The notes: generated by a model from the sequence alone, not told the origin. A DNA stretch of 64,000 nucleotides from an uncultured virus (IMG/VR IMGVR_UViG_3300021400_003815) (IMGVR_UViG_3300021400_003815), one strand, 5' to 3'; shown: positions 19,632 through 29,235, numbered from the stretch's first letter. Program-made: numbers and translations.

Positions 19632-21542
19632 TTAAAATACATCTGAAATATCTTTACTTGAATTAACTTTTATGAACTGTCTAAACTCATTTACATTTTG
19701 TATATCATATTTCTCAATAAACTCTCCACACTCTGTTTGCTTTAACATATTGAATAAAGAGTCTCTATTTGCCAATACATTAGCAAATAAGTATAAATCC
19801 AATGTATCATTAAATAGCTTCTTTTCCTCAGGTGACCAATTAATATTCTTAGTAGCCATGAATCTATATCTTGAGTATCTAATTAGTTCATCACTATGAG
19901 TATATGCACATATCAGCTTCTTCTCTATATATCCATTATCTGCTAAACTTTCTATATCAAATGGCTTGCCTGTCAATCTACTCTGTTTCTCAATGTATTT
20001 TCTCATTGGTAATAGCTTACCATCTGAATCAACACAGCCAAAAGTAAAATTCTTTAATACTATCTTATCATTATTATTTGCTTCTTTAAATATTCCATGT
20101 AAACTTCTTCCATCAGTTATGCCAAGTTCTTTAAATTCAGCTCTGTATTTATCAAATGCTGCATTAAATGTTATGTATAACCCTGGAACTTTCTCTGCAA
20201 ATTCTGTTAATAATTTGTTTACTTTCTTCTTTACAGTGTCACTTACTTCTACACCTTGAGCAAATCCACCATCAGCAATAGTAAATCTTCTTTGTATAAA
20301 CAACTTATCATACCTACTGCCTGACTCATATACCCCTCTGCCCATCAGTATATTTATCTTAGCTGTTATATCTCCAATATTTGCACTATTGCTAACATAA
20401 TTGTTATAATACTTTTCAACTATGTATCTTAGTACTCTACTTCGTGTAATTCTTAAACCACTACTTGTTCTACCAAGAATTATGTAGTCACTCACAAAAC
20501 AGTTGTCTGTAAAACAGCTTAACAGGTCATCTACATTAACACTATCAGCCAAATCATTTTTAAGTATTATGTCTGCTATTTTATACTCTATATCTTCTCT
20601 TATAATATTAGTGTCAATTACTTTTTTAACATGGTCTATTACTAACTTTATCTTGTCCTTATCTTCAATTCCATTTATAAATCCATTGAGTCCATCAATT
20701 CTAAAATCTTTAAGTACATAATTAAACACATTTAAGTCTTTATTATTTAAGTACTGGCTATCCTCAAAATGCTTTGCAACCTCAGAATCACTTATAAATG
20801 CTCTATCTTTACATAGATATTTCAGCACATCTATACATATGTCTATATATTTTTCTTTAACTGATTTATCTTTAACTCCAACAGCCTGTTTGGAAATTCC
20901 CAAATCATTTGCTATATTCTCAAGTGTTTCACCATTAGCTCTGCGATGTACAACTTCTCTTCCTTTGATTCCCTTAAACTCAAAAATCATCTTTAATAGA
21001 TTATCTATTCCCTTACTGAGTACATCATCAAGATACTTACTTCTTATATGTTCATTATACCAATAAGACCGAGCCATTAACTCAATATTAATACATCCCT
21101 TATTAATCATAGTGCTAATATCTTTCTTAGCTAAGCCAGCATACTTTAGATACATAGGATTTAACCCTGCTATCTCTGGATTCAAATAATCACTCTCTAA
21201 TGAGCACTCACCAATCATAGCAGCTCTATTTATAATCGCTTGTGCTGCATTAATAAGAACACTTGGTTCTTTACAATTATACAAAGCATTTAGCTTTTCT
21301 TTATCTTCCTTTAGTGCTTGTACAAATCCATACTTGAACCTTGCCCTCTCTTTAGCTGCCTCAGATATACTCTTTGCACTCTGAATATTTTCTACACTAA
21401 GCTCTTTAGACTCAGAATCAAGCTCCTTAAGCAAATCTAGCTCAGCCTTATTCTCTCCAAAATAAGCCTTCATACTACTACCAGGAGTACTATAAACCTC
21501 TTTAACTAACCCTTTAACATCAACCCTGATCATTAACTCCAC
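19632..21542 (-). CDS. Large protein with sigma-70 region 4-like HTH
   Basis: GREVVHRRANGETLENIANDLGISKQAVGVKDK resembles a sigma r4 HTH. Confidence 0.65.
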   Translation of the reverse strand: MELMIRVDVKGLVKEVYSTPGSSMKAYFGENKAELDLLKELDSESKELSVENIQSAKSISEAAKERARFKYGFVQALKEDKEKLNALYNCKEPSVLINAAQAIINRAAMIGECSLESDYLNPEIAGLNPMYLKYAGLAKKDISTMINKGCINIELMARSYWYNEHIRSKYLDDVLSKGIDNLLKMIFEFKGIKGREVVHRRANGETLENIANDLGISKQAVGVKDKSVKEKYIDICIDVLKYLCKDRAFISDSEVAKHFEDSQYLNNKDLNVFNYVLKDFRIDGLNGFINGIEDKDKIKLVIDHVKKVIDTNIIREDIEYKIADIILKNDLADSVNVDDLLSCFTDNCFVSDYIILGRTSSGLRITRSRVLRYIVEKYYNNYVSNSANIGDITAKINILMGRGVYESGSRYDKLFIQRRFTIADGGFAQGVEVSDTVKKKVNKLLTEFAEKVPGLYITFNAAFDKYRAEFKELGITDGRSLHGIFKEANNNDKIVLKNFTFGCVDSDGKLLPMRKYIEKQSRLTGKPFDIESLADNGYIEKKLICAYTHSDELIRYSRYRFMATKNINWSPEEKKLFNDTLDLYLFANVLANRDSLFNMLKQTECGEFIEKYDIQNVNEFRQFIKVNSSKDISDVF

Positions 21543-21545
21543 CTA

Positions 21546-22091
21546 CTAATCAAACCATTTACTATATATTAGCATTTTATGCTCGTTACCAAATTCATAC
21601 TTGTCCATTTCCTTGTGCATAAGCCTCTTCCAATTATATTTAAAAACCTCAATGTTAGGACATATATTAGCCCTGATTACACAAAATAAGAATGATTCAT
21701 ACTCAACCCTAGATTGCTCACTCCCTATATACAAATACATTAAATATTTTTTATATAATGTATTCATATGAAAATATCTAGCATTAAACCATCTATCAAT
21801 TATAACCTCAGCTTTTCTTCCACTGTCACTATTATATATCAGCAGTCTACTCATTATACCTAATACTTGATACATATTCTCATTTGTATCTGTATCAACA
21901 AAAGGTACCCTGCACTGTTTCTTATCAAAATCAAACTCAATCTTCTTAGCTGGAACAATGTACCTATCATCACATATTATGTTTAAATTGGCATATGATG
22001 ATATAATAATAAATTCCCATAGACTAAGTTTTAATCTGTCAGATATTTCCAAATTTAATATCTGCTCTCTGTCGGCTACTATATCTTTCAT
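21546..22091 (-). CDS. Hypothetical protein
   Basis: 181-aa ORF co-oriented with its neighbours. Confidence 0.65.
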   Translation of the reverse strand: MKDIVADREQILNLEISDRLKLSLWEFIIISSYANLNIICDDRYIVPAKKIEFDFDKKQCRVPFVDTDTNENMYQVLGIMSRLLIYNSDSGRKAEVIIDRWFNARYFHMNTLYKKYLMYLYIGSEQSRVEYESFLFCVIRANICPNIEVFKYNWKRLMHKEMDKYEFGNEHKMLIYSKWFD

Positions 22092-22163
22092 AACCTTTTA
22101 CCCCAATTTTTATTCTTACATATTTTCTCATTGGAGTCAATACTTTAGCAACGCTATTTTTTA

Positions 22164-22703
22164 TCAGCTAGCTTCACTTCTTAAAGCCTTAGTCAAAGAC
22201 TTAAACACGTTATAATTCTTACCCGTCTTAGTCCAGTTATCATCGTGACTTAGGCTAACAATATTTCCACTGTCTACCATACATTCAAATGTACTATCCT
22301 CATTTATATGTACTACAATAGCTTTGCTTATACCATCCTCTAAGAGTATCTCATCATCTACCTTAAGTACATTATCCTCTTCACCAGACTCTGTTCTACT
22401 TATCTTTTCTTCATATTCCTTAATCTTCTTAATAGCACCATAAGGTGTATTATGCTTTAATATTGTATGCAAAGGGTATTCATTGAATACTTCATACTGC
22501 ATTCCTCTACTCATATCTGCTATCTCAGTAACAACAGTCCAAGCTTCTTTCATGCCCTTCTCAAACATATTCTTTTCTTGTTCATCTTTTCCTTTGAGTA
22601 ATCCATCTCTAAATCCGGCATTATATCCTTTGTCATATGCCCCAATCAAATTGCTTTTTGATCTTCCTATAACTTTATCTATTTCTTTATAATCCCTACT
22701 CAT
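22164..22703 (-). CDS. Hypothetical phage-like protein
   Basis: 179 aa; AYDKGYNAGFRDG...GMKEAW motif; AAGGGG RBS. Confidence 0.65.
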   Translation of the reverse strand: MSRDYKEIDKVIGRSKSNLIGAYDKGYNAGFRDGLLKGKDEQEKNMFEKGMKEAWTVVTEIADMSRGMQYEVFNEYPLHTILKHNTPYGAIKKIKEYEEKISRTESGEEDNVLKVDDEILLEDGISKAIVVHINEDSTFECMVDSGNIVSLSHDDNWTKTGKNYNVFKSLTKALRSEAS

Positions 22704-22724
22704 GTATATTTTCCCCTTAACAGA

Positions 22725-23171
22725 TTACTTCTTAATGCTTCGTTCTATCTCCCTAGCCATATCCTTTTTCTTCAATGATTCTCTCTTATCATATAAATGC
22801 TTTCCTTTACATACACCTATTTCCACCTTACACTTAGAGTCCTTAAAATAAACCCTTAGTGGTACTATAGTCACCCCTTTTTCTTTAATCTGCTCATTCA
22901 GTTTTACTATCTGTCCTTTATGAGCCAATAGTTTTTTAGTTCTATTTTCAGCAATCTCAAAATCCATTGCTTTATTATACTTTGTAATATGCATCCCATT
23001 AATAACAAGTTCATTGTTATTTTCAATGCTACACCAGGACTCTTTTATACTACACATCCCATCCCTTATGCTCTTTACCTCATGTCCTTTAAGCTCAATA
23101 CCACACTCAAGTGTATCTAGTATAAAATAGTCATGGCGTGCTTTTCTGTTCTCTATATTTATCATGCCCAT
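22725..23171 (-). CDS. smpB: SsrA-binding protein SmpB
   Basis: NRKARHDYFILDTLECGIELKGHEVKSIR...RTKKLLAHK...GKHLYDKRE. Confidence 0.95.
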   Translation of the reverse strand: MGMINIENRKARHDYFILDTLECGIELKGHEVKSIRDGMCSIKESWCSIENNNELVINGMHITKYNKAMDFEIAENRTKKLLAHKGQIVKLNEQIKEKGVTIVPLRVYFKDSKCKVEIGVCKGKHLYDKRESLKKKDMAREIERSIKK

Positions 23172-23214
23172 ATGTACTCCCAAACCTGAATAACTTAGTT
23201 TTTCTTTTATTTCT

Positions 23215-23243
23215 ATAATATCATATTTTATTCAGTTTGTCAA
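23215..23243 (-). promoter_or_regulatory. SigmaA-type promoter of smpB
   Basis: TTGACA-17nt-TATTAT with TG extension. Confidence 0.8.
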
Positions 23244-23261
23244 TACTTTATGTACATTATT

Positions 23262-23915
23262 TTAATTTTTACTTAAAAAAGAAATAGTTAATGCATCTCT
23301 GATAATACCATATTTTGCTTCTGAAAGCTTCATAGATATAATCTTTTCATCCTTAAGCTTAACTCCAATTGAACAGTTATCATTGTCTAACATAATAATT
23401 ACAACATCATCTCTAAGGAATCTATAATAAACCCCCACAATACCCTCTAACCAATCAAGTGCATCTAATCTCTTTATATGTTCAGTTCTAATATTGCTAT
23501 GGTCAACTATCATTAACTGTAACTTATATTTTCCACTAATAGCTTCTCTTCTTAGCTCTGTCTGCTTTAACATATCATTAACAGTTATATCATGTATCTG
23601 TAAAGGCTTGCTAACTGTATGACTAATAATATCACTGATATCAAACCATAACTTTAAGTTCTTAACTTGCATAAACTCAAAATTATCCTGTACATAGAGT
23701 ATACTCTCTTCATCATGACAGAGTATCAAATATTTATACTTGCTTATATTGCTAATTATAGACTCACAATTATCTGCTAAATCTGTATCCTGTGTGATTC
23801 TCTTATATAATCCACTAAGACTTAAATTTACTAATTCTGTTCTGCATTTGAACTTTCCTGCCTTACTAGCTATCTTAACAACATTAATTCTCAAACCCTC
23901 AAACTTATCTGCCAT
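23262..23915 (-). CDS. Hypothetical protein
   Basis: 217 aa, AAGGAG RBS. Confidence 0.7.
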   Translation of the reverse strand: MADKFEGLRINVVKIASKAGKFKCRTELVNLSLSGLYKRITQDTDLADNCESIISNISKYKYLILCHDEESILYVQDNFEFMQVKNLKLWFDISDIISHTVSKPLQIHDITVNDMLKQTELRREAISGKYKLQLMIVDHSNIRTEHIKRLDALDWLEGIVGVYYRFLRDDVVIIMLDNDNCSIGVKLKDEKIISMKLSEAKYGIIRDALTISFLSKN

Positions 23916-23940
23916 ATTATTGCTCCTTATTGCTAAACCC

Positions 23941-24294
23941 TTAAACCAATATGTGCATTGTACTCATAGCTAAAGCTAATATACACATAAAACTACCTAT
24001 TACTGCTATCTTACTTGTTCCACCTACAACTGCTCCTGCTATTGAATAAGGTACTATGAACAACAAAGCACTTCCATGATACTTCAGAACCATATCAGTC
24101 ATATCTGTGCTTTTGATAGCATGTATAAAAAACCCTGCGTATGACAACGCTAAATAAACTGAACTAGCCATTGAAAATAGATTTTTATCATTATAACTAG
24201 TCTCTTTTGTAACAAACATTAGTCTTGCTATAAATATAATGACTATATTTATCAACAACCACTGTAAAATACCACCTTGCATATTGCCATCCAT
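23941..24294 (-). CDS. Small multi-pass membrane protein
   Basis: 117 aa with about four hydrophobic helices. Confidence 0.7.
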   Translation of the reverse strand: MDGNMQGGILQWLLINIVIIFIARLMFVTKETSYNDKNLFSMASSVYLALSYAGFFIHAIKSTDMTDMVLKYHGSALLFIVPYSIAGAVVGGTSKIAVIGSFMCILALAMSTMHILV

Positions 24295-24394
24295 AAACTT
24301 CTTACTAGCTCCTTGTTTTTACCATTTTTTATACTAAATACTTAAATTATTTTAATTAAATCCCTTTAACTATCTAACCCTTTCTCACCCAACC

Positions 24395-24705
24395 TTGGAA
24401 TTTTTACTCCAAAATTTTCGAGAAATTTTTAATCAATTTTTTACCCTCACTGCTCCTCAAATTTTCACTTTCTGCTTCTTTAAAATTTTTCAACTGCTTT
24501 GCCTAAAAATTTCAAGTAATTCAATTTTATATTTCTTACCTTAACTTAACCATAAAGAAATTTTTCTTTCACTTAAGTTGGAAAATCACTTACTGTATCC
24601 TAATTTTTCACCCACTGTCCTTTCTTAATTTTATTCATAGCTTCTATCAATTTTTACTCTATGCTCCTTCAAATTTTTCTAAATGTCTTTATTGTAATTC
24701 TTAAA
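24395..24705. repeat. Non-coding array of degenerate ~23-24 bp repeats with phased A/T tracts
   Basis: Units such as CTGCTCCTCAAATTTTCAC, CTGCTTCTTTAAAATTTTTCAA, CTGCTTTGCCTAAAAATTTCAA, ATGCTCCTTCAAATTTTTCT; no ORF in the track. Confidence 0.6.
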
Positions 24706-24714
24706 CTCTATGCA

Positions 24715-24805
24715 AAAATAAAAGTACCTTATCTTTCGATAAGGTACTTCACAAAATAAGAAAAGAGTTAATTTTGGAGCATGATATTCTCAAACAATTT
24801 TTATT
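24715..24805 (-). ncRNA. Candidate ~90-nt small RNA
   Basis: Lies between a perfect promoter (24812-24840) and the terminator AAGTACCTTATC-GAAA-GATAAGGTACTT-TTATTTTT; contains only a 4-codon ORF. Confidence 0.55.
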
Positions 24806-24811
24806 ATCTTT

Positions 24812-24840
24812 ATTATAACAAAAAATGTTATAAATGTCAA
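24812..24840 (-). promoter_or_regulatory. Consensus sigmaA promoter
   Basis: TTGACA-17nt-TATAAT with TG extension. Confidence 0.85.
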
Positions 24841-24861
24841 GTTAACTGCTCATAAAATTTA

Positions 24862-25290
24862 TCACTTATTCACTATCAGTACCTTATGCTTATTTCCATT
24901 TTCATCTGTTCTTAAATAAGCTTTTATGTCCTGCACAGCACCATAAAATGCTAATTCCCAAACCTTATCTGCTTTTAACTTTACCTCCTTAGAGTTTTCT
25001 AATGTTTCTAGTATATAACCTACTACTTTACCATTATCCAATATCCTATCTTTAATTCTCAATGTACCAGGTAATGTATCAACTGGTAAATCATAAATCT
25101 GAATTTTATCACTCAGTATATACTCTTTACCATCATCATCCTCTTCAATCCTAAAGTCATAGACCTCTTTATTTTTAATAAGCTCTATAACTTCTTTCAA
25201 TGCTTTCTTACTTTTATTACCCTCATCATCTATAAGTCCAAATCCAATCAACTTGTACTTATCATATAATCTATGTGTCAATCTTAACAT
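24862..25290 (-). CDS. Hypothetical protein made of two copies of a recurring module
   Basis: LRLTHRLYDKYKLIGFGLID... and LRIKDRILDNGKVVGYILET... Confidence 0.75.
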   Translation of the reverse strand: MLRLTHRLYDKYKLIGFGLIDDEGNKSKKALKEVIELIKNKEVYDFRIEEDDDGKEYILSDKIQIYDLPVDTLPGTLRIKDRILDNGKVVGYILETLENSKEVKLKADKVWELAFYGAVQDIKAYLRTDENGNKHKVLIVNK

Positions 25291-25338
25291 CTTCTTAAAC
25301 CCTTAAAACATCACAATTTTATCTACATAATGCAACTC

Positions 25339-26088
25339 TCAACCACATAACATTTCATCATCAGCCATTACTTTACCCAACTTGATTGTTCTTTCACCAT
25401 TTAAGTATCTCTTATCTCTTTGCCACTGTTTTCTTGCTTTTCTATTTGACTTCCAACACCTATCTAAATGCTCTGTAGGCTCTATATCCCAAGCATCAAC
25501 AGCACTACGCTTATTTATCTTGATACCATATTCCTTAAACTCAGCTTTATACTCATCAGTTAAGTCTATATTTACAAGTGTATGCTTATAAGACATTTTC
25601 CTTAAGTAATGCCATGTACTCTTATGTATATTAGGTATAGGTCCATTTCTAAATCCAAGATAGTTAGCTTTATAATGCTTTATATTCCAATCAGTTGAAT
25701 GCCATCTTATTATTATATTAGGCTTAGCATCAGGTATAAGATAATATCTTTTATTAGCTGGATTCTTCCTAAAACAATCAAGCTTATTTACGCTATATAT
25801 TCTGCCATAATTATCTAATATAATGACCATCTGCTTCATATAGTGCTTTATACCTAAGACTTCACTCCACTTCTTATATTGTACATCACTTAATTTCCAA
25901 GAGCCTGCTATAAGCTGATAATCGTCTAATACAAGGTCACATCTCTTTAAACCCTGCTCTTTTATATGCTTATTTATTAAATTAATAGCTGTATTATACA
26001 CATCCCTATGTGTATACTTCCAATCACTATATGTTCTATCAACAAAATCATATACCCTATACTTGACTTCTTCTTTCCAAATGTACAT
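25339..26088 (-). CDS. Basic, Trp-rich hypothetical protein
   Basis: Motifs FRNGPIPNIHK and DAWD...RCWKSNRKARKQWQ; ATG at 26088 preferred over TTG at 26094. Confidence 0.7.
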   Translation of the reverse strand: MYIWKEEVKYRVYDFVDRTYSDWKYTHRDVYNTAINLINKHIKEQGLKRCDLVLDDYQLIAGSWKLSDVQYKKWSEVLGIKHYMKQMVIILDNYGRIYSVNKLDCFRKNPANKRYYLIPDAKPNIIIRWHSTDWNIKHYKANYLGFRNGPIPNIHKSTWHYLRKMSYKHTLVNIDLTDEYKAEFKEYGIKINKRSAVDAWDIEPTEHLDRCWKSNRKARKQWQRDKRYLNGERTIKLGKVMADDEMLCG

Positions 26089-26103
26089 AATCAACCTACC
26101 TTA

Positions 26104-26200
26104 TGTTCATTAAATCTTATCATTGGCTGACGGGGAATCCTTAAAGGTACGTCATTTAATCAGCTCCCAACCTCTGAACCAATGAATATTTATGTTATTA
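26104..26200 (-). ncRNA. Candidate structured cis-acting RNA (multi-stem leader)
   Basis: GC-rich island: TCATTGGT/GCCAATGA encloses TCAG/CTGA and TGACG/CGTCA stems, with a possible GGGA/TCCC pseudoknot. Confidence 0.5.
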
Positions 26201-26269
26201 TGTGTCTTTTTCTTTTATTTTCCCATAGATTCTTTCCATTTTGGAAGTCATTTAATAAACTATACTTTA

Positions 26270-26500
26270 TTACAGAAACTCCTCCCAAGTGCATGTATTC
26301 ATTCTCTCGTCGTCCATATCATGATTAAATGACTCTAAACTCTCATGTAAATCCTTAAATAACATATGAGTATACAATGCTACATTATGCTCAGGTATAT
26401 TCTTAGCTGTATATTTTACAGTGTTCCCAAATTCATCAGAGATTGTCTTATTCTCTGTATCCATTATATATTTTTCATCCTTGTATATAACCTCTCTCAT
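26270..26500 (-). CDS. Small hypothetical protein
   Basis: 76 aa, GAGGT RBS. Confidence 0.7.
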   Translation of the reverse strand: MREVIYKDEKYIMDTENKTISDEFGNTVKYTAKNIPEHNVALYTHMLFKDLHESLESFNHDMDDERMNTCTWEEFL

Positions 26501-26514
26501 ATAAGACTACCTCA

Positions 26515-26677
26515 CTATTTATCCTTGTATATCCCAAATCTATAGAGTAACTCTTCGTCTATACATTGTTAAGGCTCTAACACCAGCCTTTATTAATCTT
26601 CCGCAAAATTTACAGTTATGAGCTACTTTAACCTTTGCTATATAGAAGTTCTTATTCAATCTCTTATGTCTATTCAT
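26515..26677 (-). pseudogene. Small Zn-finger-like ORF, possibly frameshifted
   Basis: MNRHKRLNKNFYIAKVKVAHNCKFCGRLIKAGVRALTMYRRRVTL stops at 26540; a second frame continues CIDEELLYRFGIYKDK to a stop at 26515. Confidence 0.4.
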
Positions 26678-26678
26678 A

Positions 26679-27122
26679 TTAAGCTCCAAGCTTATCTAGT
26701 TCTGCTATAAGTGCAGGAATATTATTATAATTGTATGTAACAATGTCAGTAATGAACCTCTTATTTCTGCTTCTGATTTTACTATAATCAAGAGGTACTA
26801 TATTAAACTCCTTTAAAAGCTTATCACTTGCACATTTGTCAACTAAGTATTCAGTTAAATACCTATGCCAACCTAATAGCCACAGACTGTATGAACTTGA
26901 CTCTGTATTACCCTTGCTTTTAATCTTCTCTATATGGTTATGTAATCTAGTATATACTCTAATCACCTGTACACACTCAGTATGCATCTTTTTATCATCA
27001 AGAACAACTGTCATATCATTATTTCCTATGCCCTTATTACAGAAATAGCAGACACACTTATTTCTTCCTAATGGTTTCACTGGTGTTTCAAATAATCTAA
27101 CCTTTGTTCTGTTCTTCATCAT
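26679..27122 (-). CDS. Zn-finger-containing hypothetical protein
   Basis: CYFC...HTEC motif; GAGG RBS. Confidence 0.7.
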   Translation of the reverse strand: MMKNRTKVRLFETPVKPLGRNKCVCYFCNKGIGNNDMTVVLDDKKMHTECVQVIRVYTRLHNHIEKIKSKGNTESSSYSLWLLGWHRYLTEYLVDKCASDKLLKEFNIVPLDYSKIRSRNKRFITDIVTYNYNNIPALIAELDKLGA

Positions 27123-27152
27123 TTAAACCTCAATTTTAATTAAATTTATTTT

Positions 27153-27181
27153 ATTATATCATATAATTATATATTTGTCAA
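27153..27181 (-). promoter_or_regulatory. Consensus sigmaA promoter
   Basis: TTGACA-17nt-TATAAT with TG extension. Confidence 0.85.
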
Positions 27182-27191
27182 TATAAACACT

Positions 27192-27221
27192 AAAAAATGG
27201 ATAGCTTTTAACTATCCATTT
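27192..27221 (-). terminator. Terminator after hflC
   Basis: AAATGGATAG/CTATCCATTT stem with T-run. Confidence 0.8.
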
Positions 27222-27240
27222 AATATCACTGCTTATTCTA

Positions 27241-28173
27241 TTATCTTAAACCTGCTCCATAAAGAATACGAGCAATCTCACTATCCTTATCAAGAATAAT
27301 TGTCTTTTCACCAGAACCCTTTAATGAAGTTTTAAGGCTATCAAGACTTCTTGTAAAGTTATAGAAATCAGCCTTAGATTCATCATTATAAGCATTAGCC
27401 AAAGTTTTCATATACTGAGCTTCACCATCAGCTTCAGCTATAGCCGCCTGCTTCTGAGCTTCAGCAGTCATAATCTTAACTTGCCTATCAGTATCATTCT
27501 TAATTTTCTGAGCCTCAGAATCACCCTTAGCCTTAAATGAAGCGGCAATGTTCTGTCTTTCTGAAATCATTCTCTCATAAACAGCTTGCTTATTTTCATC
27601 AGGCAGGTCTAAAGCTTTAATATTAGCCTTAACTATTGTAATTCCATACCCACCAACATCAGAGTTAGCATCTTCAGTAATTACAGGTCCTAAAGATTCA
27701 TTTCTAGCTTCAATCAGTTCTTCCTGACTCATAGATGAAATGTTAGTCTTTACTGAGTTATAAACTGCAACACCTACTCTATCCTCTGCATTTCTAGTGG
27801 ACGCACTCAATGTCTGAGTGAACTTTACAGGGTCAGTCACTCTCCATATAATGTAGTTGTCTGCTATCATTGACTTTTTGTCTCTAGTAATTACATCACT
27901 TGGCTTAATGTCATATATCTGCATATCCTTAGGCACATACTTAACATTATCAATGATTGGTATTCTCATATACAGACCTGGATTTTCAGCTACTGAACTA
28001 ATCTTACCAAGTCTTGTTACAACACCATACTGATGTGGTGCTACATTAAATGTTACCATACCAAACACAATCTTAGCTATTACAAGAAGTAAAGCTATCT
28101 TTAAAAAGCTTAACTTATTGAGTGCATTGTATGCATCTCTATACTCTTCATCCTTAATAGTTTCATTCTTCAT
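27241..28173 (-). CDS. hflC: FtsH protease modulator HflC (SPFH)
   Basis: TM helix; VITRDKKSMIADNYIIWRVTDP; DLPDENKQAVYERMISER. Confidence 0.93.
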   Translation of the reverse strand: MKNETIKDEEYRDAYNALNKLSFLKIALLLVIAKIVFGMVTFNVAPHQYGVVTRLGKISSVAENPGLYMRIPIIDNVKYVPKDMQIYDIKPSDVITRDKKSMIADNYIIWRVTDPVKFTQTLSASTRNAEDRVGVAVYNSVKTNISSMSQEELIEARNESLGPVITEDANSDVGGYGITIVKANIKALDLPDENKQAVYERMISERQNIAASFKAKGDSEAQKIKNDTDRQVKIMTAEAQKQAAIAEADGEAQYMKTLANAYNDESKADFYNFTRSLDSLKTSLKGSGEKTIILDKDSEIARILYGAGLR

Positions 28174-28190
28174 ACTTAATGCCCTCCAAA

Positions 28191-29201
28191 TTAATTAGAC
28201 TGACTTGCTTCTGTTTCTGCATTGTTTACTACACTTACATCAGAGAACTTCTCTAATGGAAGCATTGTCTGAGTTCCACCATCATTAATGATAACCTTAG
28301 AACCTGGAAGTACATCTTCCATAGTTTCGTAGAACATACGCTGTTTTGTAATGAGCGGATTTAACTTATACTGTTCATACATGCTATTAAACCTAGAAAC
28401 CTGTCCCTCAGCTTCAGCGATACGAGCATCTCTCTTTGCTTCAGCGTCTTTTACAATCTTATCTGCATTAGCTTCAGCTGCTGGAATATTTTCAGACTTG
28501 TATTTATTAGCATTGTTAAGAGCTGTTTCTGCTCCCTGCTTAGCATTTTCAACCTGTTTAAATGCATCCATGACCTCGTATGTAGGAGGTTCAACATCCT
28601 GAACTGACACATTTACAATCTCAATGCCAATATCATTTTTAGCAAGTTCCTTAATAAGTGTTTCCTTTACTTCTGACTGCACTTTATTCTTGCTAGTTGT
28701 CATTACATCATCAACAGTGTAATTCGTTACTGTTGACCTAATAGCCGCCTGAGCTTCATTTCTAAGTATTGTCACAGGGTCAAGTGAATTATACAGATAT
28801 TTAACAGGGTCTACCACTCTATACTCAAGATAAAAGTCAGTATTAATAATGTTAAAGTCAGATGTAATCATCATACTCTCTGACTCTACATAAGTACCAC
28901 TGCCATCTTCTCCTGAACCCTCATCAAGAACATATCCTATTGGCATACCCAATGTCATTGTAGATACTTTGTTTACCTTATCAAACATAGGCAACTTAAA
29001 GTATAACCCTGCTGTTTTTACATCCACAACCTGCCCAAATCTTGTGACTACAGCCTGTTCCTGCTCTGATACCTTAAACCATGAACCTAATAGTAGTGCT
29101 ATTAGTAGATATACAAAGCACGATGCACTCAATACAACTGCTATAGCTTTTTTAATAATTGCACCACCCAATTCGGCATCTTTCTGCTCTTTTGACTTCA
29201 T
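28191..29201 (-). CDS. hflK: FtsH protease modulator HflK (SPFH)
   Basis: EQAVVTRFG, ESMMITSDFNII, QDVEPP...AEAEGQVSRF...RMFYETMEDVL; ATG at 29201 has AAGGGGAG RBS, and the upstream TTG lies in the promoter. Confidence 0.93.
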   Translation of the reverse strand: MKSKEQKDAELGGAIIKKAIAVVLSASCFVYLLIALLLGSWFKVSEQEQAVVTRFGQVVDVKTAGLYFKLPMFDKVNKVSTMTLGMPIGYVLDEGSGEDGSGTYVESESMMITSDFNIINTDFYLEYRVVDPVKYLYNSLDPVTILRNEAQAAIRSTVTNYTVDDVMTTSKNKVQSEVKETLIKELAKNDIGIEIVNVSVQDVEPPTYEVMDAFKQVENAKQGAETALNNANKYKSENIPAAEANADKIVKDAEAKRDARIAEAEGQVSRFNSMYEQYKLNPLITKQRMFYETMEDVLPGSKVIINDGGTQTMLPLEKFSDVSVVNNAETEASQSN

Positions 29202-29235
29202 ATTGCAATCTCCCCTTAAATATTTATTTTTTATT

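Noticed and set aside
24395..24705. CRISPR array
   Set aside because: Repeats are degenerate and abutting with no unique spacers, and no cas genes are present
22700..24860. tmRNA or tRNA near smpB
   Set aside because: No tRNA-like acceptor or T-arm sequence seen in the nearby intergenic regions
26120..26185. Pistol or hammerhead assignment for the structured RNA
   Set aside because: The hairpin-UUAAA and CUGA elements are only superficially similar, and the stem topology does not fit either family as I recall them; left unassigned
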